From an uncultured Methanosarcinales archaeon (GTDB lineage Archaea > Nanobdellota > Nanobdellia > Woesearchaeales > SKGA01), in contig CAZFEG010000001.1 in NCBI GenBank assembly GCA_964517565.1, forward strand, positions 1-57,512: a stretch of 57,512 nt of DNA, in the 5' to 3' direction. Shown in pieces: positions 10,070 through 19,431 of this stretch. Each line of letters begins with the position of its first letter. Position 1 is the first letter of the stretch. Under the pieces are notes generated by a model that worked only from the letters and a program-made list of their open reading frames with translations, was not told where the DNA came from and did not search any database. The translations under genes and the position numbers were made by a program.

Positions 10070-12241
10070 CTATTTCAATAATATATCTTCAATTGATGGT
10101 TTACTTGAATACATTTGAAGAACTAAGAACCCAGCGATTGCAGCGCTCATAGTTGTAAAATAGATATTCTTAAATCCACCATTTAGTGTTTCTTGAAAAG
10201 TGTCTTCAACATTAAGCGCATTATTATCAATATCATTCAAATAATTAGAAACACCAGCATTGAACTGAACACTTACATCTGTTTTAAAAGCAATCATTTG
10301 TGTCCTGAGTGTTTGTATCTCTTGAATTGATGACTCCAATTCTGCTTTTTGTCCTATATATGAAGTAATAAGTTCTTCCAATTCCACTAATGTTGTAAAT
10401 CCTTCTAAAGACTCTAAAGTCATTGGCATCAACCCACTTAATGTTGATGGTTGGAGCAAATCTAATATCTCACTACCATCAAATGCAGTGCTAGGAAGTG
10501 CTTCGAGTTCAGTCTGAATTGATGAAAGCGTCATAATAGTCATATTAATACCAAATAATCCAGAATTCATTCCAGTAATAGCTTCTTCCAAACCATTAAT
10601 TCCTGATTGAACACCGTTTTCAATATTCATAGTAACAATTGGAATAAAGGAATCAAAGATTGCAGTATAGAATGTTTTGGTATTGTCTGAAATCGTTGTA
10701 ATGTCTGAACCTTTAATTAACCCAATAATTTCTGGATCAAGAGATCCATCTGATGTTGTAGATGGTTGTGTTAATGGAATCAAAGTTTCTCCAGAAAATT
10801 CAGGAAATGTAAAATCGGCAAATTTTTCCGCAAAACGAGAATCTTCTTGTAGTTCTGTAAAAGCTGTATTAATTTCTTCTGAATAGATAATTGCAGGAAT
10901 TGTTAAGTTTTCTGGTAAAGCACTTGCTACATTACTCTGTGTTTGCATTCCAGCACTTGCAATAAAAGCAATCATAATTGAAGGAGCTATTGTAGTCCCT
11001 AAAGAGCGAATTAAAGAGAGTGTTGCTAATGCAGAGTTGGACTCTTCTTGTTTTGTATTTTCTAGCATCATGTAGTTAAGTGGAGTTCCTAGTGAGAATC
11101 CCATACCTAACCCCATTAGTATTAGACTTACAATAACTGTAAATATACTTGGAAAAGGAACGACAACAAATATTAAAAATATCGCTGCAAGCGCAGACAC
11201 AGAGAATCCAAATCCAAGAATAGGTTTAACTCCAAACTTATCGATTAAACGTCCAGACAATGGAGCTCCAATACCGGCGAAGACTCCAAGTACAATTACA
11301 AAGTATCCACCACTTCCAGAAGCAATTCCAATATTAATTTCCGCAAATTGTGGAACAAAGATAATCCCCATCAAAATAATACCTGAAATAAAAGATAAAA
11401 TTAACGTAATTACAATTGCTCGTTCATTAAAATACGAAAGGTTTATAACTGGATCTTCTGCTTTCTGTTCAATGAACAAAAATAGCGGGAAAATCACAAT
11501 AGAAACTATTAGGAATGCGTATACTTTCACATTGGCAAATGAATTCCAAAAATCAAGGAAATTGATATTTTTAAGCCCATATAATAATGATAATATCATA
11601 ATTGTTAAAACAAAAATTCCAGCAAAATCAATCTTTTTCACATCTTCATGTTTATTATTTGGAAGAACTATAAATCCTGCTATTAGAATAAATATTGTTA
11701 TTGGTATATTGATAAAAAAGATATAACACCAATTAGATTGCCCAGATATATCAAGTATAAAACTTCCTGCTGAGGCCCCAAAAATATTAGCAATACCATA
11801 AACTCCTCCAACTAAACCAAGTGCAACTCCTCTTTTTTCTTTTGGAAACGTTGTTCCAAATTCCGCAGTTGCAACTGGAATGATTCCTCCTCCACCAATC
11901 GCTTGTATAGCTCGTGAGACAAGCAACATAGTGAAGCTTCCTGTAAACTGGCTTAAGCCAGTTAATAAAGACCCAGCACCAAATAAGAAAATGCTTATTA
12001 AAAATATGTATTTTCGACCGTACTTATCTGCTATTTTACCCATGATTGGTATACTAGCAGCATAAGCCAATGTATAAATAGTTATCATCCATATACCAAG
12101 CTGAGAATCTACACCCATATCGTTTTGGATGATTGTTCTTGCTGGTGTAACAATTCCAGTATCAATAGCACCCATAAATATACCAGCAAGATAAATAATC
12201 ATAATTAATATCAAGTTCGAATGTTTTTGTTTGTTATTCAT
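10070..12241 (-). CDS. MFS drug:H+ antiporter-like transporter (DHA2/EmrB-QacA type, 14 TM) with a ~260-aa soluble insertion before the last TM
   Basis: There are 13 consecutive TM segments with MFS motifs (GKIADKYGRKY, IQAIGGGGIIP). A hydrophilic, partly coiled-coil stretch (about 10166..10948) follows, then a final TM (IYFTTMSAAIAGFLVLQMY). The start is taken at MNNKQK behind an AAGGAG RBS. Confidence 0.85.
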   Translation of the reverse strand: MNNKQKHSNLILIMIIYLAGIFMGAIDTGIVTPARTIIQNDMGVDSQLGIWMITIYTLAYAASIPIMGKIADKYGRKYIFLISIFLFGAGSLLTGLSQFTGSFTMLLVSRAIQAIGGGGIIPVATAEFGTTFPKEKRGVALGLVGGVYGIANIFGASAGSFILDISGQSNWCYIFFINIPITIFILIAGFIVLPNNKHEDVKKIDFAGIFVLTIMILSLLYGLKNINFLDFWNSFANVKVYAFLIVSIVIFPLFLFIEQKAEDPVINLSYFNERAIVITLILSFISGIILMGIIFVPQFAEINIGIASGSGGYFVIVLGVFAGIGAPLSGRLIDKFGVKPILGFGFSVSALAAIFLIFVVVPFPSIFTVIVSLILMGLGMGFSLGTPLNYMMLENTKQEESNSALATLSLIRSLGTTIAPSIMIAFIASAGMQTQSNVASALPENLTIPAIIYSEEINTAFTELQEDSRFAEKFADFTFPEFSGETLIPLTQPSTTSDGSLDPEIIGLIKGSDITTISDNTKTFYTAIFDSFIPIVTMNIENGVQSGINGLEEAITGMNSGLFGINMTIMTLSSIQTELEALPSTAFDGSEILDLLQPSTLSGLMPMTLESLEGFTTLVELEELITSYIGQKAELESSIQEIQTLRTQMIAFKTDVSVQFNAGVSNYLNDIDNNALNVEDTFQETLNGGFKNIYFTTMSAAIAGFLVLQMYSSKPSIEDILLK

Positions 12242-12260
12242 ATGTGATTTCTCCTTAGAT

Positions 12261-12683
12261 TCAATTTGTTTCGATTGCATTTCTAACGTTAACGGTCATT
12301 TTTTGTAATACTTCCTTAAATATCTTAAATTCTTCTTCAGAAACATCTTTCATTACTGATTTGTGCCATTCATCTAACACTTCACGACTTTTTGCGAAGG
12401 TTTTACGACCTATTTTAGAAAGACATATTAAATTTTTACGACGATTGCTTATATCTTCATACTTGTCGACATATTTTTTTAAATACAATTTATGAATAGT
12501 TTTTGAAATACTACCCTTATCAACCGCAAAATGATCAGCAATTTCATCTTGACTAACTCCTTCTTTTTGAAAGAGGTACATAAGTATGTAATGTTCAGCG
12601 GAAGTAATTTTCAAGTCGGAAGAACTACGATTTACAAAAATATTACTATAACGAAAAATTGTTGACATATCATTTAAAAACAT
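12261..12683 (-). CDS. MarR-family transcriptional regulator (upstream of the MFS gene)
   Basis: A winged-HTH segment is present: VSQDEIADHFAVDKGSISKTIHKLYLKKYVDKYEDISNRRKNLICLSKIGRKTF. Confidence 0.85.
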   Translation of the reverse strand: MFLNDMSTIFRYSNIFVNRSSSDLKITSAEHYILMYLFQKEGVSQDEIADHFAVDKGSISKTIHKLYLKKYVDKYEDISNRRKNLICLSKIGRKTFAKSREVLDEWHKSVMKDVSEEEFKIFKEVLQKMTVNVRNAIETN

Positions 12684-12700
12684 TTCATCACTCCTTTATA

Positions 12701-12714
12701 GTTGCACTTGCAAC
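12701..12714. promoter_or_regulatory. Perfect palindrome GTTGCActTGCAAC, candidate MarR operator
   Basis: This 14-nt dyad lies 18 nt upstream of the MarR start codon in the marR/tetR divergent spacer. Confidence 0.45.
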
Positions 12715-12770
12715 AGTTGTAACATCAACAATTATATTACAATTTATTTTATTATGCAAGAAAAAAAATA

Positions 12771-12799
12771 TTGACAGTTTCTGTCGGCTATCGTATAAT
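12771..12799 (+). promoter_or_regulatory. Consensus SigA-type promoter (TTGACA-17-TATAAT) overlapping the GACAGtttCTGTC dyad, upstream of the TetR gene
   Basis: TTGACA is at 12771..12776 and TATAAT at 12794..12799, with an exact 17-nt spacer. The dyad at 12773..12785 overlaps the -35 box. The motif ATTGACAGTTT is repeated at 12803..12813. Confidence 0.7.
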
Positions 12800-12844
12800 G
12801 AAATTGACAGTTTTTTTCGTCGGTTATAAGAAATGAGGGAAATT

Positions 12845-13465
12845 ATGTTAAATGAATTTCAAAACATCGATAGTAGTAACGAAAAAATTGATAGAATAAT
12901 TAATTCAGCTTTAAAAATATTTAGTGAAAACAATTTCGATAAGGCTTCAACAAATCTAGTAATCCAAGATGCCGGGATTTCTAGAGGGTTGTTATATCAT
13001 TATTTTAAAGATAAACAACAGTTATTCGATTTTCTTTTAGAATTTACGTATGATGTTATTTCAGTACATATGTCAAATGATATTGATTGGGATTCCAATG
13101 ATTTATTTGAAAGATTCAGTCAAATAATGAGAGTGAAGTTAGAAACTCACGACAAATACCCTTACATCTTCGATTTCTTTGACAGATGCGGTAGGAAAAA
13201 AGGGTTACAAGATTTTTCAAAATTAAAAACCGAAGGTATGCACAGTATTAAATCAGATTTTTACAAGACAAGTATTGATTACACAAAATTCAAGGATGGT
13301 ATTGATGTTGAGAAGGTAGTTTCTGTATCCAGATATGTAGTTACAGGAATTTTAACCAAAGAATTCAGTATTGGGAAAATCACAAACAAACAGGTGAATA
13401 CCGATGAAATTATGTCCAAAATTGATGATTATCTAGATTTTCTTAGAGAACAATTCTATAAATAA
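12845..13465 (+). CDS. TetR/AcrR-family transcriptional regulator
   Basis: An N-terminal HTH is present: INSALKIFSENNFDKASTNLVIQDAGISRGLLYHYFKDKQQLF. The start is taken at the second ATG (MLNEFQ) behind a GAGGGA RBS. Confidence 0.88.
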   Translation: MLNEFQNIDSSNEKIDRIINSALKIFSENNFDKASTNLVIQDAGISRGLLYHYFKDKQQLFDFLLEFTYDVISVHMSNDIDWDSNDLFERFSQIMRVKLETHDKYPYIFDFFDRCGRKKGLQDFSKLKTEGMHSIKSDFYKTSIDYTKFKDGIDVEKVVSVSRYVVTGILTKEFSIGKITNKQVNTDEIMSKIDDYLDFLREQFYK

Positions 13466-13473
13466 AAATATTT

Positions 13474-13587
13474 AAAAGTCTTTTCAAGTCATTAAAATAT
13501 GACGATGTATTATAGAAAACTTAAAGAGTAATTAACTATTTAAATTAATCTTTAGCACCTCAAAAATACTAATTTGAAAAGACTTTT
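13474..13587. repeat. Pair of perfect 14-bp inverted repeats (AAAAGTCTTTTCAA / TTGAAAAGACTTTT) bracketing 86 bp
   Basis: Read directly in the tetR-lipoprotein spacer, with arms at 13474..13487 and 13574..13587. Confidence 0.8.
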
Positions 13588-13641
13588 TATATAAAACAAT
13601 TCTACAATTATTCAAAAAATAAAAAAAGGGAGAAAAGAAAA

Positions 13642-15891
13642 ATGAAAAAATTTATTTTATTATTTGTAAGTTTTGTACTTGTATTTGCTTTAGCCGCATG
13701 TAATCCGTCTAACAATGAAGAAGCTGATACAACTAGTCCAGTTATCACAGTGGTAACTGCATTAGAAACAACGTTTGATCAAGGTGATTCTGAACCTGTA
13801 TGGGGATCATACTTCACTATTTCTGATGACGTTGATGGTACTATTTATGTAACTAACTCAATGTTAACTGAAAATGTAGACATGAGCACTCCAGGTGAAT
13901 ATACAGTAAGTGTAACTGTATCAGATGAAGCCGAAAATGAAGCAACAAAATCTATAACAATAACAATCGAAGAAGTTATTGTTGCACCTACTGGAGATTT
14001 AATTGCTATTTATGAAGGTGTCGCACCAAAAGGTATGACTGAAGCCGGAACATTCGTAACAATTAATTTCTATGATAATATGACATTTGATTTATGGACA
14101 GCCAGTTTACGTGGTACTGGACCATATGAAATCAATGATGGTGTAATAACACTTTCATACACAGAAGAACATCCTGATGGTGGTGACTGGGTACTTACTG
14201 GTACAATCACTACAACAGATGTTACTGATCCAACTACAGTTCTTGTAATTGATCCTGTAGAATATTCAATCAATATGGGTGGTGGAGCTATCGTAATGGA
14301 TGTTGGTACAACTACTCTTGAATTCGTCAATGGTTGTAAAGCTGAAATAACTTTGGTTGAAGGAACTCAAACAACATTTACTGTTGGAGACGAAGAACCT
14401 GATTGGACTACTTATTTCACAATCACAGATGAAATAGATGGAGATATCCCTGTCACTGAAGAAATGATTATGGATGGAGTAGATTTAACAGTTCTTGGAG
14501 CTGAAATGGGAGTTATAAAAATTACTGTAGTAAATAGTAGTGGAAATTCAACTACATCTACAATTATGATATTTATTAATGATCCAGTTTTAGTTGCTAA
14601 GTATGAAGGAACTGCACCACTAGGTATGACTTCAGCTGGTACATTTGTAACAATTAATTTCTATGATAATATGACATTCGATTTATGGACAGGCAGCTTA
14701 CGCGGTAGTGGTCCTTATGATATCACTGATGGTGTACTGTCACTTACATATACAGAAGAACATCCTGATGGTGGTGACTGGGTACTTACAGGTACAATCA
14801 CTACAACAGATGTTACTGATTTAACTACAGTTATCGTAATTGATCCTGTAGAATATTCAATCAATATGGGTTCAGGGCCTATCGTAATGGATGTTGGTAC
14901 TACTACTTTTGAAAAAGTTGTTGGCTGCAAAGCTGTAATAACAAAAGTTGAAGGAACTCAAACATCATTTACTGTTGGAGAAGAGGAACCTGATTGGACA
15001 ACTTATTTCACAATCTCTGATCAAATAGATGGAGATATCCCTGTAACTCTAGATATGATTACTGATAATGTTGATTTATCAGTTGCTGGTTCTGGTATGG
15101 GAACAATCACTATAAATGTAGTAAATAGCAGTGGAAACGCTACTACAACTACAATTATGATATTTATTGATGCACCAGTTTTACTTTATTCTTACCAAGC
15201 AATTTCAACTTCCGAAGAACCTATGATGGCAGGCGCAGTAGTTAAAGTGTTTATATTTGATAATAATACATTTGAACTTTATGCAAATGATACTTTACGT
15301 GGTGCTGGTAGTTTTGAACTTGTAGGACAAACAATGACATTCACTTATGAAGAACCAATGCAAGATTTCGAAGGGAATTTATTACCTACTATAGAAGCTA
15401 CAATAGATACAGATACTTTAGAAGCAGAAACAATGATTACTACTACTTCTACTAATGTTTATATCTCTATGGGCCCTACATTTGGTGTTTTAGCAGATTA
15501 TGGAGTAATCACTCTTAAAAGAGAAGCTTTATTTACTTACGAAGCAGTTTCAGTAACTGATGAAGAAGCTACTACTGGAATTAACGTACAAATTCAATTA
15601 TTTGATGGTAATGTATTTAATATTTACACAGATGAAGAATTAAAAGGTGTAGGAACTTATGAATTAGTAGATCAAACGATTACATTTACATATGTTACAC
15701 CAATGTACGACTTTGATGGCGTTACATTGTTACCTACTATCGTAGGAACAATTGATACAACAGTGTTAGAAGAATCAACAATTATATCAACAACTGAAAC
15801 TTGGATTTACCTTCCAATGGGACCAATGTTTGGTATGGTCGTAAATTATGGAGCATTTGATTTCGCTGCACAACCTGAACCAATAGAATAA
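13642..15891 (+). CDS. Repetitive surface lipoprotein (749 aa) with Ig-like (DUF5011-type) modules and four copies of a ~100-aa beta-rich module
   Basis: The signal peptide has lipobox LAAC. Ig-like modules are present (e.g. FDQGDSEPVWGSYFTISDDVDG...GEYTVSVTVSD). Repeated modules have the form YEG.AP.GMT.AGTFVTINFYDNMTFDLW...LRG.GPY. A GGGAG RBS lies upstream. Confidence 0.85.
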   Translation: MKKFILLFVSFVLVFALAACNPSNNEEADTTSPVITVVTALETTFDQGDSEPVWGSYFTISDDVDGTIYVTNSMLTENVDMSTPGEYTVSVTVSDEAENEATKSITITIEEVIVAPTGDLIAIYEGVAPKGMTEAGTFVTINFYDNMTFDLWTASLRGTGPYEINDGVITLSYTEEHPDGGDWVLTGTITTTDVTDPTTVLVIDPVEYSINMGGGAIVMDVGTTTLEFVNGCKAEITLVEGTQTTFTVGDEEPDWTTYFTITDEIDGDIPVTEEMIMDGVDLTVLGAEMGVIKITVVNSSGNSTTSTIMIFINDPVLVAKYEGTAPLGMTSAGTFVTINFYDNMTFDLWTGSLRGSGPYDITDGVLSLTYTEEHPDGGDWVLTGTITTTDVTDLTTVIVIDPVEYSINMGSGPIVMDVGTTTFEKVVGCKAVITKVEGTQTSFTVGEEEPDWTTYFTISDQIDGDIPVTLDMITDNVDLSVAGSGMGTITINVVNSSGNATTTTIMIFIDAPVLLYSYQAISTSEEPMMAGAVVKVFIFDNNTFELYANDTLRGAGSFELVGQTMTFTYEEPMQDFEGNLLPTIEATIDTDTLEAETMITTTSTNVYISMGPTFGVLADYGVITLKREALFTYEAVSVTDEEATTGINVQIQLFDGNVFNIYTDEELKGVGTYELVDQTITFTYVTPMYDFDGVTLLPTIVGTIDTTVLEESTIISTTETWIYLPMGPMFGMVVNYGAFDFAAQPEPIE
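14011..15192 (+). repeat. In-frame tandem duplication, 2 x 591 bp (197 aa), inside the 749-aa lipoprotein gene
   Basis: Landmarks recur at a 591-nt offset: tatgaagg at 14011 and 14602, and gaacatcctgatggtggtgactgggtactta at 14167 and 14758. The units are about four-fifths identical at protein level by eye. Confidence 0.9.
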
Positions 15892-15920
15892 TAAAAAAAT
15901 AAAGGAGATTTATAAAAAAA

Positions 15921-16595
15921 ATGAAAAAACATGCAGAAGCAACACCAGTAAAAGAAGAAATGCAAGATGCATCAAATTTCTTTAAATGGTCATTTGAAAC
16001 AAGAGCTAAAAACGTAATGGCAATTTATAATAAAGAAGATATTTCAAGAGACAGATTATTTTTAAACTTTACATCACACAACCCAGCCTTAATTACAAAT
16101 GGTCCTGGTGGATTAAACGGTTCAATAAAAGGTATAGGTTATGTACCTAAGCCTGAATACCTAGAAGAAATTTTCGAAAAATATATGGAACATATTAACT
16201 CTTATGATGGTGATGACGAAGCGTATAGCCAAAGAGGTTTGGCTTTACTTGTTAAAGAATTATACAATGATGATGTTAGACATAGAATTGATTTTTCTTT
16301 ACTCACTACCCTAGAAATGGCAAAAAATCACACATGGGAAAATGTACAGGCTAATAACGAAGCCACTTATATTTTCTATCAACCACCAGTAATTTCTTAT
16401 GAATTACGCGGGAAAGTAGAAATAGATGATGATGGTATTTACAAAAAATTTGTAAATGCACAACACGATGTATACCATGCACCAAATATAGAACGATGGG
16501 TTACAAGACCAGCATTAGTTTTCCATATTGAAGAAGTGTATAATAACTCCGTTTCTAAACAAGGTTTTGGGAAACAAATGAAGTATCCATATTAA
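15921..16595 (+). CDS. Hypothetical cytosolic protein (224 aa), no confident family assignment
   Basis: This is a long ORF with the same codon style as its neighbours and no signal peptide. It is wedged between the lipoprotein and SBP genes of the same operon. The RBS AAGGAG lies somewhat far (13 nt) from the ATG. Confidence 0.7.
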   Translation: MKKHAEATPVKEEMQDASNFFKWSFETRAKNVMAIYNKEDISRDRLFLNFTSHNPALITNGPGGLNGSIKGIGYVPKPEYLEEIFEKYMEHINSYDGDDEAYSQRGLALLVKELYNDDVRHRIDFSLLTTLEMAKNHTWENVQANNEATYIFYQPPVISYELRGKVEIDDDGIYKKFVNAQHDVYHAPNIERWVTRPALVFHIEEVYNNSVSKQGFGKQMKYPY

Positions 16596-16639
16596 AAATT
16601 AGTAAGCTAACTATTTAAGCAAAGAAAGGATAAAATAAT

Positions 16640-18427
16640 ATGAAAAATAATCGTTTCTTATTGCTTTTAATAATCGTTTTAATGTCTATAGTTATGAGTT
16701 CATGTGGTGAAAAAGAGGATAGTGTAACTAGAGACGACGAAGCCTTACACGTAGGATATATTTCAACTGGATTTCCAGCAGTGTTTATGCCTTGGCTTTC
16801 AAACCAAGGCATAGCAACTGAATTATCAAGCATGATCTTTTCGACTTTGTTCGCATATGATAGTGATAACGATGTGTTTGATCCATTATTAGGAGACTCA
16901 TGGGAATACTTAGTTGATCCTACAGAGGTACCGGAAGACCAAGATTATTTAGCAGTAAAAATAAATTTAAACAAAGAAGCAACATGGAGTGATGGAACAC
17001 CAGTAACACCTGAAGATGTCTATTTTTCATTTGATTTAGCATCTGACTTTAGTCGATCATCTCATGCTGGAACTCTAGCATGGACTGGAGATTTAATGCA
17101 TGATTACAATAGTGATTATTCAGGTGAGCTTATTAGACAAGGTATTTTCACAAAGGATCATCCTGGAGATTACACATTTACTGATGAAGATGATCATGTT
17201 GTCTATTTACATGTGAAAAAAGTATTGGGTGGTATCACGCCTTTGTTTACTACTATTTTGATATTACCAGAACACCAATATAATATTATTTCACATGTAA
17301 ACAAACTCAACTCAACAAACCCAACTTCTGCACAATCTACCCTTTACAATAACCCTATGGGTAGTGGACCATTTACATTAGATGTAGACAACTCAGGTCC
17401 AGGTGTAATCATCCTTAATCGAAGAGATGACTACCACTTAAAAGACGATAATGGGGATATTTTATACAAAGTAGAAAGCATTAAGTTTATCAACTACCTT
17501 GATGAAATAGTTGCAATCAACGCTCTTCAAGAAGGAGACATTGATGTTATTGATAATTCAATAAGCAATATCTATATTGACACATTAAATGCTGTAAAAA
17601 ATGTAGAAGTGGATTCTTCAGTTAATGATTTTGTTTCAACACTATGTATAAATCTAAATGTTCCTGAAGAATACAGTACACCTCAAAGAGAATTATTAAA
17701 AGATCCTATTCTAAGAGAAGCTATTATGCTAGCTTTAGACCAAGATTATTTAATAACACAATCTCTTGATGGAGAAGGTTCAAGTGTTCGTGGAGGATTA
17801 TTCACAGAAAATAGTATTTACGTAAATGATTCAATTTCAATGGATGATCACGATTTAGACAAAGCAAACCAAATACTTGAAGACGCTGGATATACTTTTG
17901 AAGCAGGTAGTAAGTTTAGAAGTAAAGATGGAGTACTACTTGATTATAAAATTACTGGTAGTCCAGGTGTAAAAACTACAATTAATTACATTCAAGTTCT
18001 TTTTGAACAAATTGGAATTAAAATAGAATATCATGAGGGTGGTACTAATCCTACAAAAGATTACTTCTATATTGGTAATTTTGATATGACAATTCAAAAT
18101 GTTGTATTCTCAATGGTAAATGTAGATATGATGTTTAGAGCCCAATTTGTTACAATCGGTTATTCATCAAACTATGGAAGATTAGTTGATGAATCATTTG
18201 AAGCAAAAATAAACGAAATGAGAACAACGTTAGATAGAACAAGAAAAATTGAACTTATTTTTGAAATTCAGGAAGATCTCGACAGCATGAATTATAAGAT
18301 ACCATTATATACAGCAAATACATCCTCGGCATATAGAACTGATATTTTCAGTGGATGGGTTCACGTTGATAATGTGTTGATTTTCAATTCGGATTCATTA
18401 CAAAATCTGACATTAAATTCTAAATAA
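16640..18427 (+). CDS. ABC transporter substrate-binding lipoprotein, family 5 (Opp/Dpp/Nik-type)
   Basis: The signal peptide has lipobox MSSC. The family-5 SBP motif ATWSDGTPVTPEDVYFSF is present. The protein is 595 aa and is followed by two permease and two ATPase genes. Confidence 0.9.
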   Translation: MKNNRFLLLLIIVLMSIVMSSCGEKEDSVTRDDEALHVGYISTGFPAVFMPWLSNQGIATELSSMIFSTLFAYDSDNDVFDPLLGDSWEYLVDPTEVPEDQDYLAVKINLNKEATWSDGTPVTPEDVYFSFDLASDFSRSSHAGTLAWTGDLMHDYNSDYSGELIRQGIFTKDHPGDYTFTDEDDHVVYLHVKKVLGGITPLFTTILILPEHQYNIISHVNKLNSTNPTSAQSTLYNNPMGSGPFTLDVDNSGPGVIILNRRDDYHLKDDNGDILYKVESIKFINYLDEIVAINALQEGDIDVIDNSISNIYIDTLNAVKNVEVDSSVNDFVSTLCINLNVPEEYSTPQRELLKDPILREAIMLALDQDYLITQSLDGEGSSVRGGLFTENSIYVNDSISMDDHDLDKANQILEDAGYTFEAGSKFRSKDGVLLDYKITGSPGVKTTINYIQVLFEQIGIKIEYHEGGTNPTKDYFYIGNFDMTIQNVVFSMVNVDMMFRAQFVTIGYSSNYGRLVDESFEAKINEMRTTLDRTRKIELIFEIQEDLDSMNYKIPLYTANTSSAYRTDIFSGWVHVDNVLIFNSDSLQNLTLNSK

Positions 18428-18429
18428 AA

Positions 18430-19431
18430 ATGAAATTTGATTATGTAATAAAACGTATTTCACACACTATTTTAATATTTCTTGCTGTTGTCACAATAAA
18501 TTTCTTCATTCCAAGAATTGGTAACGACGATCCTGCGTCAAGATATTACCCACCACAGATTGGTACTATGACAGATGAAGAATATGATGAAATTAAAGCT
18601 CTAACTAGGGAGCAATATGGATTTGATAAATCCCCAGTTGAGCAGTATCTTATCTATGTCAAAAATCTACTTTCTGGAGACTTAGGGAATTCATTCCAAC
18701 CAGGAAGACCTAAAGTAATGAAGTTAATAACTGAAAGGCTCCCTTGGACGCTAGTTTTATCATTATCTACAATGATGATTTCTTCCATTGTAGGAATTAT
18801 GTATGGAACCTTTGCGGCAAAGAAAAGAGGAAGGCTACCTGATACTTTACTACTAGCTTCTTCTACTTTGCTGACAGCACTTCCCGCATTCATTATCGCA
18901 TTAATTTTATCCATGATTATTGGATTTGAATTAGAATGGTTACCAGGGTATGCTGATCCATCTATGATGACTGCATTCGATTGGTCTTTTGAACAAATAT
19001 TAAATGTAATTAGAAATGCTACACTACCAGTTATCAGTATGAGTATTGGTGGAATAGTTGGTTATGCAGTTAGTACAAGAAATAGTGTAATAGTTGTTTC
19101 TTCTGATGATTATATCCTTACTGCAAGAGCAAAAGGATTATCAAACGGAAGAATATTATATAGACACACATTAACAAATGCTTTATTGCCAATTGTTACA
19201 AGATTTATGATGGGACTAAGTGCCCTTATAGGGGGAGCTGTAGTTATTGAAAAAGTATTTAACTGGAATGGTATGGGAACACTATTCATTAATGCTAATC
19301 TTCAAAATGATTACCCATTAATGATGGGAGTAATGTTATTCTTATCTTCTATAGCACTATTAGCTAACTTAACAGCTGATTTATTATACTTTGTTCTAGA
19401 CCCTCGAATAATGGATGGTGGTAGACGATGA
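18430..19431 (+). CDS. Opp/Dpp-type ABC transporter permease (OppB-like)
   Basis: It has six TM segments and an EAA-loop region: YILTARAKGLSNGRILYRHTLTNALLPIVT. Confidence 0.9.
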   Translation: MKFDYVIKRISHTILIFLAVVTINFFIPRIGNDDPASRYYPPQIGTMTDEEYDEIKALTREQYGFDKSPVEQYLIYVKNLLSGDLGNSFQPGRPKVMKLITERLPWTLVLSLSTMMISSIVGIMYGTFAAKKRGRLPDTLLLASSTLLTALPAFIIALILSMIIGFELEWLPGYADPSMMTAFDWSFEQILNVIRNATLPVISMSIGGIVGYAVSTRNSVIVVSSDDYILTARAKGLSNGRILYRHTLTNALLPIVTRFMMGLSALIGGAVVIEKVFNWNGMGTLFINANLQNDYPLMMGVMLFLSSIALLANLTADLLYFVLDPRIMDGGRR

